Positions 13,040 through 27,074 of a DNA stretch of 64,000 nucleotides are shown one piece after another. The notes beneath the pieces are model-generated. The model had not been told where the DNA came from. It worked only from the letters and a program-made list of their open reading frames with translations, and made no database searches. The DNA is from Octopus sinensis (taxonomy: Eukaryota): contig NC_043009.1 in the NCBI RefSeq assembly GCF_006345805.1, forward strand, positions 16,058,001 through 16,122,000. The letters run 5' to 3'. The translations under genes were made by a program, and so were the position numbers. The stretch's first letter is position 1. Each line of letters opens with the position of its first letter.

Positions 13040-14000
13040 ACTTTTATTTTTTTTGTGGCGTTTATGGTTGTTATCAGGTATACGTTTTATATATGGGATA
13101 ACTTTTTTTACGTTTGAAGCATTTATTAGCTTTGTAGTTGGATTAAAGTTGATAGACATTCTTCTTCTCATTATTATTATACTTATAACTATTGGAATGA
13201 TTGTTTTATTTGTATTGTTATGCGTATTAATTCTAAATATAGGTTCAATTTTATCTATAGACAAGTTATCGTTTATCTTTTTGGCTGTGTGGGTGAAGGG
13301 TTTATCATTATTTTCAATTTTAATTTTATATGTATAGCCTGACTTAGCGAATGCTGAATTATAATAGTCCTTATCAATATTAGATGAGAGGTAAGTAATT
13401 CTGCGTTGAATATTTTAAACTAAACATTTAGTTATTGTTTTCTGATGATTATTATAATGATTAATATATGTTAACTTTGAATTAGGTTTGTGATATGGTG
13501 CATGGTTTCCTGTGAGTAGGTTATGGTTGACATCTAAAAGGTTTACGGAACTATGCTCGTTTTATGCGGAAAGTTTCAGGCCAAATTTATTAAAGAATTC
13601 GTGAAATTTCTTCTTGTAATTTTTTTAATTTTCTGTTACTGTTAGTTTTAGTTATAAATAATGCATTGTCTCTATATAATCATCCGGCTATTTTTGGAAA
13701 TTCATAATGAACTTGTACAAGGAGTCCTTTAGATTCATAGCAAAGTAGTCTGGCTTGGAACCGTCTAGATGCTTCAAAGAAACGAGAAGCCTGGTCGGAC
13801 GGGAAAGCATGTAATTGATAATAAAAGTAAGAGGTTTGGTGCCTCACTTTTATTGTATTTTTATTGTATTTTTTTGTGAATTGTGTAAGAGGTTTATTGC
13901 CTCATAACTGTTTTTTGTATTGTAAAAATGTAAGAGGCTTATGGCCTCATAAATGTGTTTTTTGAACTGGGTAAAACGTTTAATGCCTCGAGTATGAAAC
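13040..14000 (-). mobile_element. Penelope-like element RT fossil
   Basis: Minus-strand translation LCYESKGLL...G*LYRDNALFITK...KFGLKL...VNLLDV...GNHAPYHKPNSKLTYINHYNNH...YYNSAFAKSGY matches the PLE RT series GLYRDDGL / NFLDV / PYxKPN / YINxxSNH / YNxALxxSGY. Confidence 0.8.
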
Positions 14001-14160
14001 TTAAAAAGAATAATGCCTTCGGGTAAACAGCAATCGACGGGTGTTGCTTGTTGCCCTCGTTTTTCACCATTTCATTTGTCACTCATATCATTATGTGTGT
14101 GTCCAGCCAGTAGCATCCTTTCTTTGTAAGGCCCTTGTGGCTAATTAAATTAATAAATGA

Positions 14161-14340
14161 AGCTTGCTTTCCAACCACAAAGTTCCGAATTCAGTCCCAC
14201 TGCGTGTCTCCCTGGGCAAGTGTCTTCTACTATAGCTTCAGATCGACCAAAACCTTGTGGGTGGATTTGGTAGACAGAAACTGAAAGCCCATTATAATGT
14301 ATATAATGTATATGTGTATGTTTGTGTGTGCGTGTGTGTG

Positions 14341-14381
<41 letters not shown>

Positions 14382-14591
14382 TGATTGGTACCCCGCTATC
14401 GCTCGACAATTTATGCTAGTGTGTTTATGCCCCCCGTTACCTTGCAATTCGGCAAAGGATAGATAATAAAGAGAAAGTACTAGGCTTACAAAGAATGAGT
14501 CTTGGGGCCGATTTCTACGACTAAAACCCTTTAAGGCGGCGCTCGATCATGGCCGCAGTCAAGTTACTGAAACAAGTAAAAGAATAAAAGA
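14161..14591 (+). mobile_element. tRNA-derived SINE, family B (CORE-like ccttgggcaagtg domain, internal (TG)n)
   Basis: ccaaccac..ttcagtcccactgcg..ctgggcaagtgtcttctactatagc...(TG)n...gactaaa...catggccgcagtcaa...tgaaacaagtaaaaga. Confidence 0.88.
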
Positions 14592-16680
14592 ATATTGAAT
14601 GCGATATTCTGCCTATTATTGAAATCTAAAGATTACCGAATGAACTGACAAAATCCAAAGCTCGACTTGAATTTCGAGTGTTTGAAAGTATATAAGTATT
14701 TAAATTAGGAAAGATTGTTTATATTATTTAGAACATATATATATTTAGAATGTATATATAACATGGTTTATATTATTTAGAATATATCAACGTGTTTATT
14801 TTGAATGCGATGACAGCCTTTCTAGAGATACTGCGAAAATTTATGGTAGTTTTTGATTGATAACATTTTTACGTAATTTGGAATTTACTATAATAGTGTT
14901 CATTCAGGAAATGCGGCTGCCAACATTTACATCATTCCAAGAGAGGAAGCCTAACATTTTAAAGAGTTTATGAAACAGTAGTATGTGTACTTAACCAATA
15001 TCTATTACATTTTCACCATAATGTACATTTTGGCAAACAAATACTTAGAATTCATACAATATTCTCTTACCATGTAATCAGTACAGCATTAGAATATCGC
15101 ATGAAATTAAATGTAACTGATATCTAAAAGCATATTTCGAAATTACTCCTGCAATTATGAAATGTTTATAATGCCTTATATTAATTTCTATATATTCGAG
15201 TTTATGATACACATTTAAATAGTCGATTTTTGCAAAAGAAAAAATGTGTGACAGGTGTTTTTATAAATGCCGAGTCTGGAGGAAGGTGCCGGACTGCCTA
15301 TACTATTGAGGGTAATGTCGTTGTTTATTTAGATTGTTATATTTCAACACCTACAGAAAATACCTAATCAAGAGGTGGTCTGGTGTTCTCACGAGGAAGA
15401 ACTGAGCATAGTACTCCAATGTAGGTGTCACGTACTATTTGTTGACTAACGCCAACTTACGCGTGTTGGTCTTTGGAATACGAATCGGGATACGATACGA
15501 AATTTGTTATCGCCAGGATAGATTCTCAGTGACAGTGAGGCCCAGCAGTTGGAGCAGATGCAGCTACCCCGAGCGCTCTGACTGAGAGTAGTTCATGCTT
15601 AGTTTGTAATGTACTGCGGTGGCGTTTACTTGATATGAGTTATGCATGTTATTTTCGTTTTAAAATAACGTTATTATAGCCTTACTTGGGGTTTCCGTTC
15701 ATTTTTACTTTGATTGCTCTGTCATGAATTGCGCATTTTATATACTTAGTTGTAAATTTCATAGTGCCACGGTGTCATAGTTTATATTTCGGAAGATACT
15801 GCAATGTACGTGCCAAACATAATTACACACTACTATTGCTTTTAATGACAGATATATAAATATCTGCATCGTAAAGAATGTCTCTTACATACCGTATGAT
15901 TAAATTGCAACTTTGGTTCAAGTCATTCTCTTATATGTTTGTCATAAACGGAATATGAATATAAACATTTTTAGGGAAAGGAGGTACTTCAAATACTTGA
16001 AGATTTTTATTACTCTCCCGCTGTGTTAGGACACCGATATGCAGAAATCGCTCCTAGTGTGAATCTGCAATGTAAATTCCATTAAATACGTAATTGTAAC
16101 GAATGCAAACTGCATATTTTTGAAATGGTAATTTACATTTAAAAATTATGGCCTCATGGATATCACTGATAAATCAAGCCGTTCTTGTAGGAATGTATAT
16201 AAAGATAAAATTTTTGATTAGTTTTCACTGAAAAATCTTGGAAAATGTTCAAGTTGTGAGGGTAATTATTGAAGAAACCTATATACTAGTTTCTTCTTTG
16301 AATATAAAAATTGATATTTGAACGTTTATCACTAAGACCTACATACGTTTATGCATTTGGGTTTTATTATCCTTAACAATTGGCCACTGGCATTTTATTT
16401 CTAATAAGTATGAGTATATTGATTTGAGCAGATAAATAGATGAAATTGTCCATTTTTCTATACTTGAGTCTATATGAAAATATAGGCATATACCCAGTCT
16501 ACTACTGATATAGAAATGTGGAAAATAATTATCGGCATCTATAATATCTCGCATTAATATACTTGAAGACAATTATATAATAAATCAGTTACAACATGTT
16601 CTTTAATAAAGGTTGCTTGTGTCTATAATAATACAAATGTTGGCATAGCTTTTTATTAAAAGATGTTTTTTACATTACTC

Positions 16681-17092
16681 TTTTACTCATTTACTTATTT
16701 CAGTCATTTGACTGTGGCGATGCTGGAGCACCACCTTTAGTCGAGCAAATGGACCCCAGGATTTATTCTTTGTAAGCCTAGTACTTATTCTATCGTTGTC
16801 TTTTGCCAAACCGCTAAGTTACGGGGACGTAAACACACCAGCATCGGTTGTCAAGCGATGTTGGGGGACAAACCACAGACACACAAACATATACTCACAC
16901 ACATATATACACATATATATACATATATACAACGGACTTCTTTCAGTTTCCGTCTACCAAATCCATTCACAAGGCTTTGGTCGGCCCGAGGCTATAGAAG
17001 AAGACAATTGCCCAAGGTGCCACGCAGTGGGACTGAACCAGGAACCATGTGGTTGGTAAGCAAGCTACTTACGACACAGCCACTCCTACGCC
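16681..17092 (-). mobile_element. Family B SINE, full length
   Basis: Reverse complement of the 45620 copy from head (ggagtggctgtg) to tail. Confidence 0.9.
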
Positions 17093-19041
17093 TGTTCGTA
17101 AAGCAGTTCTTTATCAATAGTAATTTTTCTTCTTTTTCTCTTTCGCTTCTGTAAACTAATAGGGTCTAAATAGAAGCAAAATATCGTCAGTGAGTTATTG
17201 ATGAAGGAGTAGGATAGGTTGTCAGATATACACGGGTGGGTAACAGTAGGTTTTAACGGAAATGACACCTTTAGCTAGAGTAAAGTGCTGATACGGATGC
17301 AGAAATTCACAGTAAACCCAATTCAACTAAAACCACTGACGTGTATCAACCATCAAATGTTCGAATGGGCTTAGACGGACAGACAAACAGGTAGGAATTG
17401 ATGACGTTGCTGCACATTTGGACAGTGGTCACAATGTATTACAGAAGATTACTGAAGACGAACGAAGGTGTTTGGAAATGAAATGTTTTCCAAGTGGATA
17501 CCGGAGTGACTGACACTAAATATGAAGGAGACTTCTATGGTCCGCTGAAAGTGTTTGAAACCAAAGATGACACTTTTCCTCCCAATCTAGTGCTGAGGAC
17601 GAAACTTGAACGCATCTTTCTTTTTAACTGGTACCTATGCAAATTAATAAAGTTCTTCTGCATTACTATTTGTACATATTGATAAATAATTGAGTGGTTG
17701 GAAACATCTTTTTAGCATGAATATCATATTATACTAATACTATAATCGGGGATACATATGACACATTAATGATTTTTAAGAAATAAGACTAGAGAGAGCA
17801 GAATCAGCAGCAGGCGGAAGAAAACGTTCTTGGTAGTTAAATGAAGTTTTAGTGGGAGTCATCTTTCGCCGCTTTTGGAAAAAAATCTGAAATAAATAGC
17901 CGTTTTCTTTCAAACAATTACCATAATTAACGTTTAAATGTGATATAAGAAATGAAGAAAAACTATTATAGCTTCATGTTATAATTCTCTAGACTTTGAG
18001 CCAATCACTAAACAGTTTAGAATCCCAACTAACAATTCCAGAGTTAAAAATATCTGATCAGCCCTTAAAAGCAACAAAGCCTATTAGGTGAATGTCGTAA
18101 CTTTATTGGGCCTTACCAGCAACCATTTAGTATTTATTATATACTCTCTTGTCTAGTGAATTATCATCGAGCAGACCTATTATAATGCTATGATTATGCT
18201 ATCGTTTTAGAGTTATCAATACATTATTGAAACGTCCAATCTTTATTAGGATGTCATAGTGTTGACAAGTGATATGTTTACTTAGCAGGCCGAACGACGC
18301 ATCCAATCCTTCTCTTTAGCTTGTCCTCTATTAATGTTATGGGAAAATGCTTGTTTTCTCTACGTTCCTAGCACCGTGTAACAAGGAACTGGACGTTGTT
18401 ACGCTAAAAATACGATATATATGTATATTTTGTAATGTTTTATTACAGTTGATAACCCTTTCAAAATTTCTAATACTTCATACTCTATGGAAAATACAGA
18501 TATGTTTTGTTATTTCGTACTTAAGAATCATCGGTTTAGGAGTATGTCTAATATCAGAATTGCAGGATAATTTACCCTAAATCATGTACGAAATCATTCT
18601 TAATTTTTCACTATCCCCTTTGCAATGTTGCGTAATGTAATACTGTATATCGTATGTAGTGATACTTTAAATGTAGTGATCAATATAATTCCTTTAGACC
18701 AACCTAGGATTTAGAAAAAGATGACTAGGCTTGGGGGGCAGATTAATGTACAATAATTCAATGTTTCCATCCTTTCATCGTAAAACCATTGTGATTTTTA
18801 TCCTCGTGTTGTATATCTAGAGAATTATACTCTCATAGCAGGGTTTCATTTCAGCTATACAGCTAAAGAAATGCGCATCAAATATATCGCCATCCTGTAT
18901 AATTTACGAGTGCAGCATGGCCGATTTAGAGTTACATACCTTGGCTATAATCACAGTGTCAGTACCAGTAGATGAATGCGAAAAAAGGAAATAAAAGCTT
19001 TCGACTCGATGATCTATTCCAGTTCTATATTTAAGAGATGA

Positions 19042-19274
19042 AAGGCGGTGAGCTGGCAGAAACGTTAGCACGCCGGGCGAAATGCGTAGCCGTATTTCGT
19101 CTGCCTTTACGTTCTGGGTTCAAATTCCGCCGAGATCGACTTTGCCTTTCATCCTTTCGGGGTCGATAAATTAAGTACCAGTTACGCACTGGGGTCAATG
19201 TAATCGACTTAATCCGTTTGTCAGTCCTTGTTTGTCCCCTCTGTGTTTAGCCCCTTGTGGGTAGTAAAGAAATA
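19042..19274 (+). mobile_element. Family A SINE, full length, 16-bp TSD
   Basis: Complete head to tail. TSD tatatttaagagatga (19026-19041) and tatatttaacagatga (19275-19290). The target resembles the repeat module at ~12620-12670. Confidence 0.92.
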
Positions 19275-20046
19275 TATATTTAACAGATGAGGGAATACGT
19301 ACATTATTTACAAACGTAAATAATGTCGATAATCTATTGTTTTACATTTTTTGCTGCTATCATGTCATGAAATTACCAGCGTATTTTCTCAATTGCATTC
19401 AATTAGTTAAGCTGAGAGTAGCTGAGAGACTTTTTTTTAACTATACGTTGAATGTTAAATTAGTTAGAAATAATTCAAGGACAGTATGATACATCTGCTG
19501 TAAACCTCGTTTTATTTCGTTTTGTTAGTTTAGGCTTAGATATCGGATATATTCACAGTTAGGAGACGCTGATGCATGAGGTTGATGACATATTGAAAAC
19601 CGATGGCCTAATTATCGTTGCTTGACAGGAAAATGATGCCTTTAGCCAAATAATTAATTAACGATAATATGATAGAATGTTACAGCAATGAGTTCCTGAA
19701 GAAGGGCAACGTAAATTATGCTATCGAAGAAATAAATGAAGCTGAATGGAAGATGCATGAGATCTGAATATGCAGAGGCAAAATGTCAGTTGCATGTGTA
19801 TAATACATTATGTACTGAATATACTCTGGCGCCATGTAGTTGAAGATTGGGTAGTTTCAAAAACTGAAAAGATAAATTTCATAGATATAATTTGTGTATG
19901 CACAAGGAAAATTGTCAAGTTTTATTTTAATGTAACTGGAAAGAAACTTATTTGAACAGAGAATATCTGGATATTGATTTCTATTTTCAGCTATGAATAA
20001 ATACAAAAAATTCAACATATCCGATATATACGTACACACACACACA

Positions 20047-20152
20047 CATACATACATACATACATACATACATACATACATACATACATACATACATACG
20101 TACATACATACATACATACATACATGCATACATACATACATACATACATACA

Positions 20153-20180
<28 letters not shown>
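20047..20180. repeat. (TACA)n microsatellite
   Basis: Directly visible. Source of the spurious MYVC/HTYI ORFs. Confidence 0.98.
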
Positions 20181-20184
<4 letters not shown>

Positions 20185-21229
20185 CAGGGTTTGGACAATT
20201 TAATGGAAACACCTAGCGTCATAGCATTATATATATACATAATATATATACTGAAATACGCATAAAGTAAACACATACAGACAAATATATTAATATAACA
20301 AAATTTTCAAATGATAATATAATACACTCAATGAAGAGATAAAAGAAACAGTAAGAGGATACATATTGATTTTATTTGGTACTTCTGTTTATTTAGAAAC
20401 CTACAATGAACAGGTCAGACGCTAAACTATAAATTTTACAGGGTAAAACCTTAAAGTTGACACCTCTTCGCTAAACGCAGAAACTTTTTATCTCGTTTTT
20501 GGCTAAAAATACCCAGTTTTTTTCGGTTTTTAAACTTCTGCAACATTTTTCTCCAATTTTTTTCTCCACGACATTATACCTTCAAAGCAATGAGACTACA
20601 TTTTTATAGCCGATTTTCAGATTTTTTACTTCCTTTTAAAAAATGCATATTTTGCAAACGGAAAAAACTAAATCCACTAGACGTTTATAAGTTATTAGGC
20701 GTTTACGGAAGGTGACTTTTATAAGAGCTTCTCGCTAAAAAGTGGTTGTCAAACTTATATTTTAGTTTATTATTCACTGTTTCAATAAAAAATGCTTAAT
20801 TAGAAACATAGACACATACAAACACCGACACACACAGACATATACAAATACCCGTATATAAACACATATATTCAGAGACGTACACACACGTACACACGCA
20901 CACAAACATACACATCTATACACAAAGAGATTAAAAGACACATATACATGTATTCATTCACATATATTCATTCATATACACATACACATATACACATGTG
21001 CGTTTAAAAAAAGTGGATGGGAATTAAGTAGATCAACAATAGAGAAATTAAAATGTTTGGTACGGTCATTTGGGTATGAAATGGTTCTATGAAACCCTGT
21101 TAATGACAAACGTAGCTGCCAACAAGTCTACTTACCAATATAGTCACAAGCACATACATGTATTTAGCTTTAACACATAGATATACATACAAAAATACTC
21201 ACACGCACATATGCGTATATATATATATA

Positions 21230-21262
<33 letters not shown>

Positions 21263-21318
21263 CGTATACATACTTATACACTTACATACGTATACATATA
21301 CATGTATATTATATATAC

Positions 21319-21379
<61 letters not shown>

Positions 21380-21461
21380 TAATAGATACATTTCCACGCA
21401 CGCATATGTATATATGTGTAGACATATACACAGACATGACAGAAATAATTAGACACTCTTA

Positions 21462-22322
21462 CAGTCGCTAAACTTTATTTAAATCTGAAATGATACATTC
21501 AAATTATTTATTAATCATTTAATGTGAATATCTAATATTTAGCAGACACGTCCTTTACATTTTTCAATGCAAGAACCCTATTAGGCATGCTACTGATCAG
21601 ATGACGAATATTCTCCTGAGGAATATCTTACCAAGTTTCATGCAGTTATCTCAAAATATCCGACTCTGAGGAAGATTCCATGTTATTTTCATGAAGTGTT
21701 TTGTCCATTATGCCTCAGAGATGTTCAATAAGGATCATATCTGATGACTGGCTTGGTCATGGAAGTTTTTTATTGTCATTCTCTTCCAATAAATCTTGGA
21801 TCTTTTTAGCCGTGTGATAAATAGCCTTCTTTTATTATTTCACCACTGGGGAAATTTAGAAGGAAGCCTTTCTGCAATATCGACACATCTTTATCTGAGT
21901 TTATGGTTCCTTTACATTCCATCAGCTCTGATCGACTATTACTCCAAATTGCTTCCCAGACCATCACAGAATAGCCAGCGTGTTTCATTGCTGGTTGCAA
22001 TATTTTCGCATCATATTCTTCATCATTTAATCTTCAGACACACACTCGACCACTATCAGAAAATGCAGCAAATTTGGACTCATCAGAGAATATACGCTGT
22101 CGCAAAATATTCGTGGCCTCTCAACCATCTCACTGGTGCAATATTTTCCCCGCTTAATATTGGCTGATCGAAGAAGTGACTTCCTTCTTGCTGCTCTGCC
22201 ATAGTAGCCAAGTTTGTGGAGATATCTTACAGCTGTTTTGGGACTGAAATCAACTTGTTCTGCCATGTGAGAAGCCCTGCAACAAGGACTATCCTCCACA
22301 CTTCTCTTAACAAAGTGAAGAG
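21462..22322 (-). mobile_element. Tc1-family transposon fossil, 5'-truncated
   Basis: LHKLGYYGRAARRKSLL, MKHAGYSVMVWEAIWSNSRSEL...GTINSDKDVSILQ, PSQSSDM...IEHL, SSMPNRVLAL...SAKY* (stop ~21532). Possible TA+CAGT terminus at 21460. Confidence 0.88.
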
Positions 22323-22699
22323 TCCTGTAGTAGTAGTAGGAGGAGGAGGAGGAGGGGAGGAGGAGGAGGAGGAGGAGAACGAGGTGTAGGAGGAATAGCA
22401 GCAGCAGCAGCAGTAGGAGTATCAGTAGTAGTGTTAGTATCAGCAGTGGTAGTGGAGGTGGTATTAGTGATGTTATTACTGCAACTATTAGTACTAGCGT
22501 TTGTGGTTGGAATGTTATTAGTATTATTTTCAGTAATAGTAATATTGCCATTGGCGCTAGTATTAATATTATTGCTAGTCCTATTATTAGTAGTAGTATA
22601 GGTATTATTAATTGTAGTGGTTATAATATAGTTAGTACTGTTAGTATCAGTATGCCTATCAGTGCTTGCGTCTTTTTCAACAGGGCGCCCGTTACCTTC

Positions 22700-23250
22700 C
22701 GAGGTGGAGATTATATTATGTATGTTTAAGTTATTTAAAGCGGTAGGGTCAAGATATGCTATTGCGATCGGTGTTAGGGTTTTCGTTATGGGAGGATTAT
22801 ATGCATTTAGATAGTAAGAACTACGATTACGTTTGGTAAATGAGGTGATCATAGATTCTATATTTGGTGTAGAGGAGTAGGATAATTTCAAAGTGGATCT
22901 GTTAAAAATAGAATGATAATTGTAGTTACGTAGAAATTAGAGTCTACTATTTTAAAGAATGTTTTAGCGAGGTCTTTAAAGTTTAAAGCGAATGGAGCTG
23001 TATACCAGAGAATGGACCTCACACAGCTTTTATTAGGCAAATTTGGGAAGGTGTGATTCCTATTGCATGTTAGAGGAGAGTTGGAATGCTTGATATTAGT
23101 ATTCTTAGGCGAGACTATCTAACCATAGTGGGAGAGTTTGGATATCCAATATGTGTGCGTGGTTGTCTAGGGTTAAGTTTAGAGAGGTGTCCTTTAAGTC
23201 TAGGGTTGGATTGGACACAATAACTTACTACTAGATTTCCTCCCCAACCC
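22700..23250 (-). mobile_element. Penelope-like element fossil (RT thumb/linker)
   Basis: RSILWYTAPFALNFKDLAKTFFKIVDSNF...NRSTLKLSYSSTPNIESMITS matches PLE IIWFNPPFS...FxKLIDKHF...NRxTxKLSYSCxPN. Confidence 0.82.
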
Positions 23251-23371
23251 CTACACACTAGAAGGATACCACTGATGCCTACTATTCTCTTTGAAATTCC
23301 TTTCATTTTACTTTATTTTGCTTTTTACATTATCTTCCTTTACCTCCTCCTCCTCGCTCATTAGTTACCCT

Positions 23372-23446
<75 letters not shown>

Positions 23447-24093
23447 GTGTGTGTGTGTGTATGTATGTGTGTATGTATATATCTTGATTATTTCTGCACA
23501 CGATATTCTTATACACTATATTCTTGTATATCCTATTTTATTTTATCCTTAGTGCTAATCCTAATTTCCTCCCTCACTCTCTCTATCCCTCTTTCTATTT
23601 TTTTTTATTTTTACCATTTTAAAGCCACCTCCGTAACATTTTCTTATTGAAAGCTGATACGTTCGCGTCTATTTCCGGATATTTACACTATTAGGACTCT
23701 AATCTACATATATTTACCTAAGGACTTACGGACGTATTTCTACAAGATCGGAAAGTTGAACTGTGAACTGTTATGCTTCTCTTTCCTTCTCTTTCTTCAT
23801 CTCCATATTCATGTCCTCTGTGTCATCATTTAATTAATTTTTCCAATAATAACAATAATGTATATGACTTGAGATGTTTGTCTTGCTTAAAGTTGGTTGT
23901 CCTCCTTAACAATTATATGTCCGGTGTATTGGAAATCTGCAATGGCTCCATAACTACTGTCTCGGCTATAACCTTGGGGCCCTGGTAATCCGTTACAGCA
24001 CTTACCTAGCGTACCAATTCGTTCAGATCACCTGCGAACTAAACCCTCATACTTTGTTTGAATATATATATGTGAATATATATACGCTCACGA

Positions 24094-24157
<64 letters not shown>

Positions 24158-24229
24158 GCATAATTTTGTATATTAAGTATGAGAACTATACATGATTGAA
24201 GAATCAACACCTCACCACTACATTCTACT

Positions 24230-24622
24230 GGATGGAAGGAAGCACTCCGTCGGTTACGACGACGAGGGTTCCGGTTGATCCGAATCAATGGAACAGCCTG
24301 CTCGTGAAATTAACGTGTAAGTGGCTGAGCACTCCACAGACACGTGTACCCTTAACGTAGTTCTCGGGGATATTCAGCGTGACACAGAGAGTGACAAGGC
24401 CGGCCCTTTGAAATACAGGTACAACAGAAACAGGAAGTAAGAGTGAGAAAAAGTTGTGGTGAAAGAGTACAGCAGGGATCACCACCATCCCCTGCCGCAG
24501 CCTCGTGGAGCTTTAGGTGTTTTCGCTCAATAAACACTCACAACGCCCGGTCTGGGAATCGAAACCTCGATCCTATGACCGCGAGTCCGCTGCCCTAACC
24601 ACTGGGCCATTGCGCCTCCACT
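24230..24622 (-). mobile_element. tRNA-derived SINE, family C, full length and young
   Basis: Reverse complement of 2216-2599. Perfect 12-bp TSD ctacattctact at 24218-24229 and 24623-24634. Confidence 0.92.
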
Positions 24623-24679
24623 CTACATTCTACTACGTACCATAGAACTGTGTTGCTGTAGAATTATACTTTCTATAAC

Positions 24680-24870
24680 AAACATAAGGCCTGAAAATTG
24701 GTTGAGTTGGAGAGTCGTTTATATCAACCCCAGTACTCAAATGCTACTTCATGTATCGACCCCGAAAGAAGGAAAGGCAAAGTCGAACCTGGAGGCATTT
24801 GAACTCAGAATATTAAGATAGACGAAACACCGCTAAGCATCTTGCCCGACGTGCTAACGATTCTGACACC
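24680..24870 (-). mobile_element. Family A SINE (diverged)
   Basis: atcgaccccgaaag...ggcaaagtcga...tttgaactcagaa...ccgctaagcat...gtgctaacgattctg. Confidence 0.8.
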
Positions 24871-25092
24871 TTGCTGCCTCTGTTGCTGTTCCAATGATTC
24901 AGATATGATTATAGATTTGTTTGCAACAGATCCAGTCGTATAGTTTAGATCAGTGGTATAAATAGCAAAAAATTCTGAATATCTAAATTCTATATCTCTG
25001 CATTTGTTTGTTTGTTTGTGTGTGTGTGCATATGTGGGTGTGTGCGTTTGTATGTGTGTGAAATAATGTGTCTCTGTGTGTATGCGTGTATG

Positions 25093-25123
<31 letters not shown>

Positions 25124-26097
25124 GCACACAAACTCACACTCACACACGTACACACACACAAACACACATACACACACATACATATATATACTGAAATGCA
25201 GATACATGCACACACATATACACGCACACATGGCTATACAGACACCAACAAGTGCACATACTCATCGATATTTTGAACACTTTAGCTTCCGTGCTCTCTA
25301 AGTATATTAGCAATGTTCTTAACGCTTGTCAGACTAGCACCGGAATGAAAAGTAGCTTACTTACATGTAAACTCTATTTTCGAGAGTTTACTAACGAGGA
25401 GCCTCCACCCTCCTCTTCGGTTTGCTTGAAGTAGCTGCAGACTCAGCTGTAAAAAGTCTCATCACGTCTTGAATATGATACATACAAGATAAGTATACTA
25501 TTTCTAAAAATTGTTCTTCTCTTTAATACCGTTTGGTGTTAATCCACTACAACAATTTATAAGCACGTCTTTCGTAGAGTCGAACTGACTTTATTTTCTC
25601 TGAATCACAACGGTAAAATTAATGGAATTCTGACAGATTCTAAATTTTCTAACATTTACCAACATACTCTACTCGATGCCAACCATTTAGCAATTACACT
25701 AAGTTTGGTACCCAGCCTGTTTTGCCTAAAATCATAATAATATTCTTGTTTCATTCCTCAGATAATCGATATATGGTTTTATATTTATAAATGAAACATA
25801 CTTCCGTAGAATGATGTTTTTAAAAGCATTCTATACTGGGCTCTGTGCAGTTGCAGATAAACGTATGGTTGTACATGTCAGGTTGTACATATTCTTTTAT
25901 ACATGCATATGTGGTAACATATATAAATGCAGATTACACTTATGATGTAATCAGTAGTTTAATTCGTATTTTTGTACTTGAAATTAGTAGAGTTATTGAC
26001 TGTGTCTGACATATAAATCACCAAGTAAAACTTCCTTTCTAGCGTATCAGCCGCTCTCTCTTAAATCAGTGGCTCTCTGATAAAACTCATTATTTCA

Positions 26098-26109
26098 GTG
26101 TGTGTGTGT

Positions 26110-26193
<84 letters not shown>
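26098..26193. repeat. (TG)n microsatellite
   Basis: Directly visible. Confidence 0.98.
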
Positions 26194-26194
<1 letters not shown>

Positions 26195-27026
26195 ATTTAC
26201 TAACGGGGATCTCTTTGGCCAAATTCTAACGAATCTAAGTCGTCTTAATATTCAGCGTTAACCTCCAGATTTTTTTCTAACTCCAAGAGCAGATAATTTA
26301 AATAAATGAGGAATATATATATAATATATATGATTTATCTGGGTACTTTCATATTCATCCACTGGCCTCTTTGAATTATCTCCCATCTATACTTAAATTA
26401 TTAAAATTGCTCCAGGCGACCAGTTTTCTCCTCCTTTCGTATTTGACTACGTATCTCTCACCACAATGTGGATCAACTACTGTGCTGATGCGGTGTATTG
26501 ATAATGGAACATGTCTACTACAATGAATTCTTGACATATGAGGTTACACTTGCTTCTCATTTAGAGTTGGTACCAGATTCCAAATGCATTAATCGAAGGT
26601 AAGATAATTTCAGTAAGTTATGAAATTATCTAGTTTGGCGTCTTTCATTGACCGCTTTTAGTTATTTCTTTTTACTCATTACCTCAGTTCCATATATATG
26701 TGTGCGTGTGTGTGTATTTATTATGCATGTGTATATATAAGTGTATATCTGACATATATATATATATATATAGACACTTATGTATATACATTTATATGTA
26801 TGTACGAATATGTTTGTTCTTAATTGTCATTTGGTAACTGCGACGATCATGCTATTCGGTAATTGAGATCATACTTTTTATCAATATTTTGATAATTCAA
26901 GAACTTATGTTTGATTCCATTTACTTATTTCTGTTTATGTTGTTCATATACCTGACTCTGGCAACTATCAATTATTTCTTGTGGCTCAAATGTTTAACCT
27001 GTGCAAATTACCCGAGCCATAAATGT

Positions 27027-27074
<48 letters not shown>

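Noticed and set aside
13053-13337. Hydrophobic + strand ORF resembling a mitochondrial membrane gene (NUMT)
   Set aside because: No recognisable mitochondrial motif. It is the antisense of the A-rich PLE fossil.
13827-13990. CRISPR-like array (palindromic repeats with spacers)
   Set aside because: The context is eukaryotic, the spacers are unequal (38/25/21 nt) and resemble each other, the repeats are degenerate, and there are no cas genes. It is better explained as a minisatellite in a PLE.
19857-20276. [16 protein letters not shown]-repeat ORFs here and throughout (for example 47819-48201, 50281-52121, 61892-62360)
   Set aside because: These are translations of TACA, TA and GATA microsatellites.
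22027-22891. Long ORFs of 174 and 194 aa
   Set aside because: They are chimeras of PLE or Tc1 fragments with trinucleotide microsatellites, not host genes.
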